From contig OZ240215.1 in assembly GCA_965197585.1 (NCBI GenBank), forward strand, positions 1,920,001-1,984,000: a DNA stretch of 64,000 bases, read 5' to 3'. Positions within the stretch are counted from its first letter, which is position 1, and every line of letters starts with the position of its first letter. The position numbers and the translations under genes were made by a program. Source of the stretch: Dehalococcoidia bacterium (lineage in GTDB: Bacteria > Chloroflexota > Dehalococcoidia > Plut-88900). Positions 17,528 to 27,133 of this stretch are shown in pieces. The notes below the pieces were generated by a model. That model did not search any database. It was not told the DNA's origin and worked only from the letters and a program-made list of their open reading frames with translations.

Positions 17528-18163
17528 ATGGAGATGAACGAAAGCCAACGTAGGCTCGCTGACGCCTACGCCATCAAGAACGAGCGCCAGCTCGTGGAGC
17601 AGTACGACTCCTGGGCCACCGACTACGATGCCGACCTCGCCGCCTGCGGCTATCGCATGCCTCCGGTCATCAGCGGCTTGGTGGTAAGGCATTTCCCCGA
17701 CACAACAGCCCCAATCCTGGACGCCGGGTCGGGCACGGGGATCCTCGGCGAGGCCCTTCACGTGCTCGGCTACTCCGACATCATCGCCATCGACCTCTCC
17801 GCCGGAATGCTGCAAGTCGCTGCGGGCAAGGGAATCTACCGTGCCACCCGACAAATGACCCTCGGAGAACCCCTGGATTTCCCTAACGGTTACTTTTCCG
17901 GTGTCGTGGCGATGGGTGTCCTCACCGTAGGTCACGCTCCGCCATCGTCTTTGGATGAGTTGGTAAGGATAACCAAGCCTGGCGGCACCATCGTATTCAG
18001 TATGCTCCACCAGGAACCCGTAGAGACCGAGTTCAGGGTTAAGCAGGACGACTTGGAACGCCGAGGCTTATGGCGCCTGATCGAGGAAATCCCACCCTTC
18101 CAGAGTCTCCCCTACGGCGAACCCGACGTCTCACACAAAGCCTACGTGTACAGAGTCCTCTAA
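17528..18163 (+). CDS. Class I SAM-dependent methyltransferase
   Basis: YDSWATDYD, ILDAGSGTG, IDLSAGML, KPGG. Confidence 0.9.
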   Translation: MEMNESQRRLADAYAIKNERQLVEQYDSWATDYDADLAACGYRMPPVISGLVVRHFPDTTAPILDAGSGTGILGEALHVLGYSDIIAIDLSAGMLQVAAGKGIYRATRQMTLGEPLDFPNGYFSGVVAMGVLTVGHAPPSSLDELVRITKPGGTIVFSMLHQEPVETEFRVKQDDLERRGLWRLIEEIPPFQSLPYGEPDVSHKAYVYRVL

Positions 18164-18174
18164 GGTCCCTAGCA

Positions 18175-19167
18175 TCAGCCCCCTAAAACCGCCCCCGCAA
18201 AGCTCCTCATAATCTCCTCGATAGTGGGATATGGCCCCCCGGCCCCTGGCAGTGTGATCACCACCTCCCCAATCTCCGGCATCTCTGCAAGCGCTACGAC
18301 CTTCTCCCTAACCTCCTGAGCATCCCCCGCCACGGTAAACCTGTCTATGAACGGATCGAGCCCCGGAATCAGCTCAGCATCTCCTCCGCTCAGGCTTGCA
18401 AGGTTGTAGTCCCTCTTGAACACCTCGATAGCCTGGCGGTCTTCTTCGCTGTATCGGCTCGTGTCCACCATTTTCAACATCGTCAGCACCCGACCCTGCA
18501 CGTGCGCCCGAGCCACGGCCCGGTCCTCCGCCAGCGATGTGATAACCCACGCCACCTTCTCCATTTCTCCCGGATTTCTCCCCGCCTCAGACTCCCCCTC
18601 TTTAACTAGCTCCAATCCCTGCCTGACCTGAGACGGCACGGCCCCGTAATGGAGCAGCACCCCGTCCGCCACCCGACCCGCTGACCTGGTAATCCTAGGA
18701 CCCGACACCGCGAAATAGATCGGTATCCCCGTGGGTTCCTCTAGGTACGCAATCCCTCCCCTCACCCCCCGCCCGAACTCCACATCCTCCCCCGACAGCA
18801 GGCCCCTGACTTTCTCTACGTATCCCTCCAATGACGCGATCGTAGACCTCTTCGCCCCGATACTATTCACCAATGTGTTCCCAACACTCATCCCTAGTAT
18901 CAACCGGCCCGGAGCAATGTCGTGCAGCGTGGCAAATGCCCCCGCCGTCACGCTCGCATGCCTTGTCCGCGGTGCCGTAACCCCTGCCGCCAGCTTGATC
19001 CGGGACGTGGCCAGGGCACATGCCGTCAACGTCACATACAGCTCCCGGCAGTTCAGCTGCGAGTCGATCATCCACACGCTCTCGTAGCCCAAATCCTCGG
19101 CCAGCTTCACCTGCTCCACCACCCGAGGCAGTGGCTGGTTGCTCACAATCCCGACGCCGTATTTCAT
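18175..19167 (-). CDS. LLM-class flavin/F420-dependent oxidoreductase (Mer-like)
   Basis: AEDLGYESVW.IDSQ, VTAPRTRH, PGRLILG, VSGPR. Confidence 0.88.
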   Translation of the reverse strand: MKYGVGIVSNQPLPRVVEQVKLAEDLGYESVWMIDSQLNCRELYVTLTACALATSRIKLAAGVTAPRTRHASVTAGAFATLHDIAPGRLILGMSVGNTLVNSIGAKRSTIASLEGYVEKVRGLLSGEDVEFGRGVRGGIAYLEEPTGIPIYFAVSGPRITRSAGRVADGVLLHYGAVPSQVRQGLELVKEGESEAGRNPGEMEKVAWVITSLAEDRAVARAHVQGRVLTMLKMVDTSRYSEEDRQAIEVFKRDYNLASLSGGDAELIPGLDPFIDRFTVAGDAQEVREKVVALAEMPEIGEVVITLPGAGGPYPTIEEIMRSFAGAVLGG

Positions 19168-19281
19168 GAATTTCCTCTACCTAATAGATGGGGTTTCGAA
19201 CGTCGTCCTCGCGGACATATACGGCATGATTATAGAGGTTAGGAAAAAGAAAGGAGCGAGACTTGGTGGCCTGCCCCGGCC

Positions 19282-20394
19282 CTACATGTCCCGGTAGACG
19301 GCTAACCCTTCGGCCAGCTTGTCGGAGCGCTCCAACCCGACATACCTTGCGTTCTGCAGGTACGTCCTCACAAAATCACCTAGAAGACTTCCGACTCTCT
19401 TCATCCCTGTCCGCACGCCTTCCACCCCGTGGCCCATGATTACGCCCAGAGACTCGGGCAGCACCGGGTCTTTCAGGTCCCTCACCATCTGCGCCTCCGC
19501 GATGTCGAGCACCCGCTGGAACACCCTCTCCTTGCCGGGCTGCTGGGAGTAGGAGTATTTGATATGCGCAAGGCCGTAAGTCAGGTGTCTCGCATTGTCC
19601 TGTAGGCACCGGGCAAAGATAGCCTTCTCCGCCGGGTTGTGGGCATACATCTCACCGTACCGGTATAGAGTCTGAGTGAACGACCCCCTAAGCACGTGCA
19701 GGAACAAGCTCGCCGAAGTCCAGTCATTGTTGCTCTGCAGTATGACCCTGTCGACTTCCCCCCGGCTCTCGAGACCCAGGCCCCCGCTGTTGCTCAAGGC
19801 CCTCTTCCGGAATACGTCAAAGTGCCGTGCCGCGTCGAACACCTCAGAGGCCAGGAAGACTTTGACTTCGTGGTAGCCATACGACATTTGCTGGATCCAC
19901 CCTGCCACAACCTCGTACTCCACGTTGGCCTGTTGACACAGCTCCGTACAGAGCTGGCACATAGCCCTTTCCACATCGTCAGGTAGCGGCTCGATGGTGT
20001 TCCACGGGATGTCGGTCGCCGGGACCCAGCGCTTCTGGATCGCCTCCTCGTACAGGTCGGCAGCGTTGTCGGCCCACAGTTCGCGCTTATGCCGCAGGGT
20101 GATGTTTGCTACGAAAGGGCGTTCCACCCCGGGGTGCGCACCGCGAAGGGCCCGCGTCCTGTCCTCGTGGTACTCAGGGATTTGGCCGTAGATCCCAACA
20201 TTCAGGGACCCGAGAGTCAGCCCCTTCTTACCCGGCTTGACCCTGATCCCCCACTCGAGATTCTCCTGCATCCAGTCCAGCGACAGGTCAGGGGCAGCAG
20301 TTTCTTCCTCTTCGACTATCTCCTGGAGGATGCGTCGGTGCTTCCTGACACCCTCCGGCTGCTGGGGCTCGGATTTCTCGTCATTTGTTGGCAT
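19282..20394 (-). CDS. Ferritin-like fold protein lacking the diiron glutamates (putative structural/beta subunit)
   Basis: Alignable throughout with 20485-21579; DAARH and DNARH replace DExRH; start placed at MPTND. Confidence 0.75.
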   Translation of the reverse strand: MPTNDEKSEPQQPEGVRKHRRILQEIVEEEETAAPDLSLDWMQENLEWGIRVKPGKKGLTLGSLNVGIYGQIPEYHEDRTRALRGAHPGVERPFVANITLRHKRELWADNAADLYEEAIQKRWVPATDIPWNTIEPLPDDVERAMCQLCTELCQQANVEYEVVAGWIQQMSYGYHEVKVFLASEVFDAARHFDVFRKRALSNSGGLGLESRGEVDRVILQSNNDWTSASLFLHVLRGSFTQTLYRYGEMYAHNPAEKAIFARCLQDNARHLTYGLAHIKYSYSQQPGKERVFQRVLDIAEAQMVRDLKDPVLPESLGVIMGHGVEGVRTGMKRVGSLLGDFVRTYLQNARYVGLERSDKLAEGLAVYRDM

Positions 20395-20484
20395 ATATGC
20401 CTTCTCTGGGCTGGGCTGCAGACCCGGATACATCGGCCAACTGCCGACTTGCGAACGCAATTGCGGCCTTAGGGCCGAGGGCTA

Positions 20485-21579
20485 TCAGTTGCGAAGCAGC
20501 TTCAGGACCTCGGGGTGCGCTCGACCGTTGGTGAAACGCTCCTCGAACCCCGCCGATTTCACCCTTTGCACCCACTCCCGCATCTGCCGACGGTTGATCG
20601 CCATCAACAGCCGCCATCCCTCGTCCACCTTGTCCTTGCCACCGCCAAGCAGTACCGCCATTGACGCCGTGCTTGCTCGGTCCGTTCCAGCAGACCCAAC
20701 CGCAGAACCCTCGAACAGGTACTCTTCACCCTCGTCCAGGTAAGTCTGCATCTCTTCTCGGCGTTCCGGCTCCGTCTGGCCTATGTAGCGCATGTGCATG
20801 ATGCCGAAGGCCACGTGCCGAGACTCGTCCTGTGCTGCGAGCCGGTACATCCGCTTCTCGGCTTCGTTCTTCGCCAGCAACTCTCCAGTGCGGAAAATCG
20901 TCAACACCGGGGACTCCCCGATTACGTGCACACGGGCCGACATCTCCGAGAAGTCCCTCGCCATGTCGATGCTGACCACGCCGCCGCCCATCGTGTCGTC
21001 CGAGGCTCGCATTAGGCCCCCGCCGTTTACCAGGGCTCGCTTGCGGAACACGTCCAGGTGCCGTGCCTCATCCATCATCTGCGTCATCAGGAACATCCGG
21101 GTCTCCAGGTAGTCGGGGCTGATGCTCGCAACCCACCGACCAGGAATATCCGCAGCAACAAACTCAATCTCGCTCAGGAAGGTCGTGAACTGACACGCTG
21201 CCCGTTCGATATCGTCAGGCAGGGGCTCAATCGTCTCCCAGGGTATATCCGTCGCCGAACTCCACTGCCGCTGAAGCGCCTCCTCGTACAGGCCACCGGC
21301 GTTCTTCAGCCAAACGTCCTGCTTGGAGTTCACGTAGTAAGCGCCGCTTCTGTAGTTCCAGTCCCTCGCCGCCGACCCCCTCTGCCGCCCGGACCGGATG
21401 GAGCTGCTCTCCGGGGCGTCTCCGTAGGACTCCATTTGGATGTCTTCCAGGGTCAACCCGCGCTTGCCGGGTGTGGCTGTCATACCCCACTGACCCTTGG
21501 ATTCCATCCAGCCCAATTGGGGTTCGTAGTTCTCGTCGTAAATTACGCCCGGACCCGCGGAAATGGTGGTGTTCGGCAT
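20485..21579 (-). CDS. Ferritin-like diiron-carboxylate protein (putative catalytic/alpha subunit)
   Basis: LYEEA...QW....DIPW; ligand set EIE...DEARH...GE...DESRH. Confidence 0.8.
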   Translation of the reverse strand: MPNTTISAGPGVIYDENYEPQLGWMESKGQWGMTATPGKRGLTLEDIQMESYGDAPESSSIRSGRQRGSAARDWNYRSGAYYVNSKQDVWLKNAGGLYEEALQRQWSSATDIPWETIEPLPDDIERAACQFTTFLSEIEFVAADIPGRWVASISPDYLETRMFLMTQMMDEARHLDVFRKRALVNGGGLMRASDDTMGGGVVSIDMARDFSEMSARVHVIGESPVLTIFRTGELLAKNEAEKRMYRLAAQDESRHVAFGIMHMRYIGQTEPERREEMQTYLDEGEEYLFEGSAVGSAGTDRASTASMAVLLGGGKDKVDEGWRLLMAINRRQMREWVQRVKSAGFEERFTNGRAHPEVLKLLRN

Positions 21580-21775
21580 GTCGATTCCCCCTGAGAGCCG
21601 CTATTCTATCCGAGACCTATATACCACGCTCAATATAATTCCCCATCCGAGCCCGTGTCAAACCGGATCGACTTTGCAGTAAGCGCAATACCTTGCACAT
21701 GGTACAATCCAGCCCTTCACACCGACACCCGTAGCCCATTCGAGACTCGGATAAGCTAGCAGAGGAATTTGCGAC

Positions 21776-24601
21776 ATGACTACCACAGCTCCCATTTCTC
21801 TCAACGTCAACGGTGCAACCCACACCGTTGAAGCATCGCCTGACAGCACCCTTTTGGATGTCCTGAGAAATGACCTTGACTTAATCGGGGCAAAGCAGGC
21901 CTGTGACGTTGGTGAATGTGGTAGTTGCATAGTCATGTTCGGCGGCAAGGGCGTCATGTCATGCCTCCTCCCCGCCAGGCGGGCTCAGAACAAGCCAATT
22001 GTCACTATAGAAGGATTAGCTGACTGGCACTCTGAATCAGAGGACTCCCCAGCATCTGAAACCACTGACCTCCACCCCCTCCAACAGGCCTTCATAGACC
22101 TGGGCGCCTCCCAGTGTGGCTACTGCATACCGGGAATCATCATGGAAGCCTCGGTCCTCCTGGCCAAAAATTCCAACCCTACCCGAGACGACGTAGTCAA
22201 ACGGCTATCCCGTAACATCTGCCGCTGCACCGGCTACGTCAAGGTGGTCGAGGCAGTCCTTGGTGCGGCAGACGCCATTCGTAGCGGCACGCTGACCATG
22301 AAGGAAGCATCCAATGGTGGACCGACGGTCGGGGCCAGCATGACCCGGGTCGACGATAGGGAAAAAGTGACCGGAGAGGCCCGTTATGCCGCCGACCTCA
22401 AGATGACTGGCGTCCTTCACGCCAAGGTCCTTCGCAGCAAGGTCCACCACGCCCGTATAATCTCTATCGACACCACTGCCGCCGAGGCCGTTGCAGGTGT
22501 TGAAGCCGTCGTCACTGCAAAGGACATTCCCGGCGCCCCGGAGATGCCCAACGCTAAACCGCAGCGCTTCCTATTTCCCTCGGACAAAATCAGGTTCATG
22601 GGCGAGGCCCTAGCCGCTGTAGCCGCTGACACAGAGGAAGCCGCAGAGGAGGCTCTATCCAAGATAGTGGTTGACTTTGAAGAGCTCCCTCCGGTCCTCG
22701 ACTTCCGAAAAGCAGATGACCCCCAAGCTCCTCTGATCAATCCCCCCGAGCCGAATACCGTTATTTCCAGAAGAGTCATCTCAGGCGATGCCAAGGCAGC
22801 TATGGAAAAAGCCGACGTTGTGGTCCGGAACACCTTCTCCACCCCCCGCTGGGAACACTTCTACATGGAACCCGAGGCGGGTCTTGGTTATATCGACGAT
22901 GACGATCGTATATTCCTGAACTTCCCTTCTCACGAACCCTTCGAGGGTCACGACTTCGTAGCGAGTATGCTTAACCTGGACCGCGACCGCATCAGAATAT
23001 TCTGCCCGACAATGGGTGGAAATTTCGGCGGTCGGGAAGACTACATGCTGGTCGGGGTATTGGCCTTGCTGGTACACAAGACCCGAAAGCCTGTGAGGCT
23101 GGTCTTCACCAGGGAGGAATCCCTGCTGGGCTCCTCCAAGTGGTTCGGCTTTTATGTTGACTGCACCACCGGCGCAACCAAGGATGGAAAACTCGTCGCT
23201 ATTGACTCCCATGTGCTGGTAGACGGTGGAAATTGGAGCCACGAGCCGGGTCAGGAGATTAACGACTGTGTGGGCCGAAACGTCTACTTCCTCACCGGTC
23301 CTTACCTCGTCCCCGAAGTCCGCATCGAGACCAGCGAGGCATGCACCAATAGCGGCCGTGCTATACCCATCAGGGGTATAACCAGCATTAACGCCGCCCT
23401 CGTCCACGAAAGCCAGATGGACATCCTCGCCGAAAAGCTGGGCATGGACAAGCTGGACATCAGGATCAAGAACGCCCTCCAGGTCGGCGACACCCTCCAC
23501 ACTGGAATGTTACTTGAGGAGAGCGTGGAGGTTAAGGCGACCCTGGAACAGTCCAAAGGCCCCTATGCTGAGGCCCGCGCCCGAGCCCAGGCCTCCCCAC
23601 CCCCCGCTCCGTGGCAGAGAGGCGTGGGCATTGGGACCGGTTGGAGAGCTGTAGGCGTCGGCGGCACATATTCCGCCGCCGCCGATTTGTTGGAATCGGG
23701 GAAGGTGCAAGTGTTGGTGGGAGCAGTCGAGAAGGGCCAGGGGAGCAGGACCGCCATGGCGCAGATCGCCGCGCAAGAGCTCGGCTTGCCTCTCGACGCC
23801 ATTGAAGTGGTCATGGGCGACACCATTGCCGCTCCCTACCATCACATAACCGCTTCCCAGGGTACTATCACTCTCGTAGGCGGCGCAGTCCAACAGGCCT
23901 CGAAAGCACTGAAGAAGGCGCTTTTAGAAGTCGCTTCCGAGGTCCTTGAAGACACCCCCGAGAACATCAAGTGTTCCGGCGGACGTGTCTCCTCCACCCG
24001 GGCCCCGGGAGAGCAACTCTCCTTCCAGGAGCTCGCCCGACACCTCGAGACCAAAGGCCTCCCCACCAAGTACGAAGGCTCGTTCGCCTTTAAGTTTGCC
24101 AAGACCTACAGCGAAAAGTCCGGCCTGCAGGCCTTCGACCCGGTAAACGGCCAAGGGTCCAACTGCGACATCTTTGCATACGCCACCTGTCTCACCGAGC
24201 TGGACGTCAACACGGAAACCGGCCAGGTCAAGGTCAACCGCGTTACCTACGTCGCCGACTCCGGCAAGATCATCCATCCCCTCAGCTTCGAAGGACAGTG
24301 TCAGGGAGGCGTTGTCTACGGTCTGGGTCTGGCCTTGAGCGAAGAATACATCCCCGGAGAGACCCGTACCATCAAGGACTACGGCCTTACCTCCATCCGT
24401 GAGGCGCCCGTAGAAATTGATGTCATCACCGTCGAAGGAAGCTATTCCCAAGGGCCCTTCGGGGCCAAGGGTGGCGGCGAAATGAGCGACGTTCCCATCG
24501 TCGGGGCCATCATCAACGGCATCGCCGACGCCACCGGCGCCCGAGTCTACGATCTCCCCGCCACCCCCGAAAGAGTCCTGGAGGCCTTGGCCCGAGGCTA
24601 G
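21776..24601 (+). CDS. Xanthine dehydrogenase-family molybdoenzyme, fused 2x[2Fe-2S] plus Moco domains (aldehyde oxidoreductase architecture, no FAD domain)
   Basis: C-x4-CGSC, QCGYCIPG, CRCTGY, GGNFGGR, GQG, GAKGGGE. Confidence 0.92.
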   Translation: MTTTAPISLNVNGATHTVEASPDSTLLDVLRNDLDLIGAKQACDVGECGSCIVMFGGKGVMSCLLPARRAQNKPIVTIEGLADWHSESEDSPASETTDLHPLQQAFIDLGASQCGYCIPGIIMEASVLLAKNSNPTRDDVVKRLSRNICRCTGYVKVVEAVLGAADAIRSGTLTMKEASNGGPTVGASMTRVDDREKVTGEARYAADLKMTGVLHAKVLRSKVHHARIISIDTTAAEAVAGVEAVVTAKDIPGAPEMPNAKPQRFLFPSDKIRFMGEALAAVAADTEEAAEEALSKIVVDFEELPPVLDFRKADDPQAPLINPPEPNTVISRRVISGDAKAAMEKADVVVRNTFSTPRWEHFYMEPEAGLGYIDDDDRIFLNFPSHEPFEGHDFVASMLNLDRDRIRIFCPTMGGNFGGREDYMLVGVLALLVHKTRKPVRLVFTREESLLGSSKWFGFYVDCTTGATKDGKLVAIDSHVLVDGGNWSHEPGQEINDCVGRNVYFLTGPYLVPEVRIETSEACTNSGRAIPIRGITSINAALVHESQMDILAEKLGMDKLDIRIKNALQVGDTLHTGMLLEESVEVKATLEQSKGPYAEARARAQASPPPAPWQRGVGIGTGWRAVGVGGTYSAAADLLESGKVQVLVGAVEKGQGSRTAMAQIAAQELGLPLDAIEVVMGDTIAAPYHHITASQGTITLVGGAVQQASKALKKALLEVASEVLEDTPENIKCSGGRVSSTRAPGEQLSFQELARHLETKGLPTKYEGSFAFKFAKTYSEKSGLQAFDPVNGQGSNCDIFAYATCLTELDVNTETGQVKVNRVTYVADSGKIIHPLSFEGQCQGGVVYGLGLALSEEYIPGETRTIKDYGLTSIREAPVEIDVITVEGSYSQGPFGAKGGGEMSDVPIVGAIINGIADATGARVYDLPATPERVLEALARG

Positions 24602-24623
24602 GCCTCACCCTCTCGGTAAAATA

Positions 24624-25853
24624 GTGAGAACCCTTCTGGCGATCCGGGACAAGCGGGCCTATGGCTGGGCCGTCCTGGTCTCCTTCACTATCAACTACGC
24701 CTTAGTCGTAGTTGTCTTCATGACCCTGGGCCTGCTTCTCCCGGATATCAGAGAGGACCTCGGCATCGACGTTCGGGGAGCCGGCTGGCTCGCCTCGTCT
24801 CTCCTTATAGCCAACCTCTTCCTCGAAATACCTCTGAACTGGGTGTTGTCCAAGTTCCGGCCCTGGAGGGTGGCCACCATCGCCTTCCTTGGCACGCTGG
24901 CTATGGTCTTCCTTCATTCCTTCTCCCCTACCTTCACCATCTTGGTTATCGCCAGGGTGGGCCTGGGAGTCTTCTACCTCTCAACCCAGCCACCCAGGAC
25001 TCTTCTAATCCTCATGTGGCTCCCCAAGAAGAGCGTAGGGCTCGCCAACGGTATGCTTTTTGGCATAATGGCCCTCTTCGAGGGAGCCGGCTTCATCCTG
25101 ATCCCACAAATCAATGACTGGACGGGCGGCTGGCGAGAGACCCTCTTCGTGTGGGCCATCCTATGTGCCGCCGGGACCCTCGTCTGGACTATAGTTGGGG
25201 TCGATCGCAAGTCCTTGCAGCTTGAGCCCGGCCCCGATCCCCCTCCCCAGTACGTCAATCCTCTCCGCTCTCTCCTGAAGTACAAGGAACCTTGGTTCCT
25301 GGGCCTCGGTCTTTCCGCAGGCATCGCAGGCAGGTTGGCCTTCGACACTTGGTGGCCTACCTTCGCCGAAAACACCTATGGGATCGAAAAAACGGCAGCA
25401 GGTCAGGTTCTTGCTGTGATCTCAGTTTCCGGGTTTCCTTCTTCCCTGGGCCTGTCCGCAATACCCTATCTTGTACGCAAGCCTGCACTAGCCTTGATCG
25501 CCGCAGGTATGATGCTTGCAGGCAGTTACATAGCCATGCTCTTCACCGGGTCGCTTCTTTACCTGTTCCTCCTGGCCTTGATAAACGGCTTCGCTTTTGG
25601 ATTTTTTCCCCTGATGATGGCATCCTTCTACAACTTGCGCGGCATCCAACCGAGAGACCTGGCCGTTGTCGTGGCCCTCGTCTACACCATTATGTGGGGT
25701 GGCGCCGCCATCGGACCCGTCCTCTCAGGTTTCATTGCCGGCAACGACGAAAACCTGCGGCAGGGTATCTTGGTGTTATGCTTTGGACCGCTTGGCATCT
25801 CCCTCTCCGGCCTGTGGCTAATGCTTCGCCGCCCACCCGAGGCCCTGCCCTAA
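24624..25853 (+). CDS. MFS transporter
   Basis: About 410 aa, ~12 hydrophobic segments, GWR and GP.LSG motifs. Confidence 0.85.
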   Translation: MRTLLAIRDKRAYGWAVLVSFTINYALVVVVFMTLGLLLPDIREDLGIDVRGAGWLASSLLIANLFLEIPLNWVLSKFRPWRVATIAFLGTLAMVFLHSFSPTFTILVIARVGLGVFYLSTQPPRTLLILMWLPKKSVGLANGMLFGIMALFEGAGFILIPQINDWTGGWRETLFVWAILCAAGTLVWTIVGVDRKSLQLEPGPDPPPQYVNPLRSLLKYKEPWFLGLGLSAGIAGRLAFDTWWPTFAENTYGIEKTAAGQVLAVISVSGFPSSLGLSAIPYLVRKPALALIAAGMMLAGSYIAMLFTGSLLYLFLLALINGFAFGFFPLMMASFYNLRGIQPRDLAVVVALVYTIMWGGAAIGPVLSGFIAGNDENLRQGILVLCFGPLGISLSGLWLMLRRPPEALP

Positions 25854-25888
25854 CCTGATACTGATATGCTGGACACCACCTAAAGCTA

Positions 25889-27133
25889 ATGGCCACCCAG
25901 CCCGAATACATAGGCCCCTACCGATGGGTCATAGTAACCTCGGTAACCACACTTACCGGTGCCCACCTGGTAGTCATCTACATTATTGGCCTGCTCCTGC
26001 CGGACATGATCGAAGACTTGGACCTGTCCCCTACAGAGCAGGGGTGGGTCGGGTCATCCGTCCTGCTGGCAAACCTCGTCATGGCTATCCCTCTAAACAC
26101 GCTGCTGTCCAGATTCAGGCCCTGGAGGATAATCGCCATAATGTCCGTGGCTGTTGCCGGGTTCGCCTTCCTTCAGGGCTGGTCGCCTATTCTGGCTGCC
26201 CTGATCATAGGAAGAGTGGGCGTAGGGCTCGGCTTCGCTGCCACTATGGCGCCCCGTGCCATGATGCTTCAGCAGTGGTCCACCCAGCGCCGCATAGCTC
26301 TTACCAACGGCGCATGGGTTTCCGGTGTCGACGTTTTGATGGGCATCGGATTCCTGGTCACTCCTTTTGTGCTGGACTGGGTTGGTAGCTGGCAAGGCGT
26401 CTACTATTTCTGGGGTTTTGTCAGTCTCGGCCTGGCCGGCCTCTGGCTCGTTTTCGGCAAGGAGAGGCCCACCGGCGAATACCGAGACAGGATGGCTACC
26501 CAGCAGGGCAGCCCACTGACCGTCTTTCGCAAATATCCCGAGCTCTGGATTGTCGGCCTCGGAATGTTCGGCGGCATGACCGCCAACACCGGTTTTCAGA
26601 CGTTCTGGCCTCGCCTGGCGGAAGAGCAGCTCAGCATCGACCCGAAGATCGTAGCCCTCACTCTTGCTTTCCAGGCCTTTGCCACCGCACCCCTTGGATT
26701 CCTCGTCAACGCCGTGCCCCGTTTCGTCGGCAAGCAGCCCCTGATACTAGCCTTTGGCGGACTTGCCGTCACCGCTTCCTACATCAGCCTCCTGTACGCC
26801 ACAGACACGCGGGTTGTTCTCCTTCTGGGTATCGGGGAGGGAATATCCCGGGTCTATTTCCCCGTCCTGATGACCATGGTGTTCCAGCTCCCGGGAGTCA
26901 AGCCCCGAGAGGCTGGTGTCGGACTTACTTTCATAGAGACCTGCATCTGGGGAGGCGGTGCGCTCGGGCCCCTTGTTGTCGGCTTCGTGGAGGAAGCTAC
27001 CGGTGACCTGAGGACGGCTATTTTGGTCATCTGTTTCGCACCCCTGGTCCTGATACCCGTTGCGGGATTATTGGCGCTTCGCAGGTGGGACCCCTTCGCA
27101 AACCTTGCCCCGGGTCGTGCACCTGGCTCTTAG
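25889..27133 (+). CDS. MFS transporter (paralog of 24624 and 30258)
   Basis: YRWVI N-terminus, ~12 TM, shared KY.ELW and LPG.KPRE motifs. Confidence 0.88.
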   Translation: MATQPEYIGPYRWVIVTSVTTLTGAHLVVIYIIGLLLPDMIEDLDLSPTEQGWVGSSVLLANLVMAIPLNTLLSRFRPWRIIAIMSVAVAGFAFLQGWSPILAALIIGRVGVGLGFAATMAPRAMMLQQWSTQRRIALTNGAWVSGVDVLMGIGFLVTPFVLDWVGSWQGVYYFWGFVSLGLAGLWLVFGKERPTGEYRDRMATQQGSPLTVFRKYPELWIVGLGMFGGMTANTGFQTFWPRLAEEQLSIDPKIVALTLAFQAFATAPLGFLVNAVPRFVGKQPLILAFGGLAVTASYISLLYATDTRVVLLLGIGEGISRVYFPVLMTMVFQLPGVKPREAGVGLTFIETCIWGGGALGPLVVGFVEEATGDLRTAILVICFAPLVLIPVAGLLALRRWDPFANLAPGRAPGS

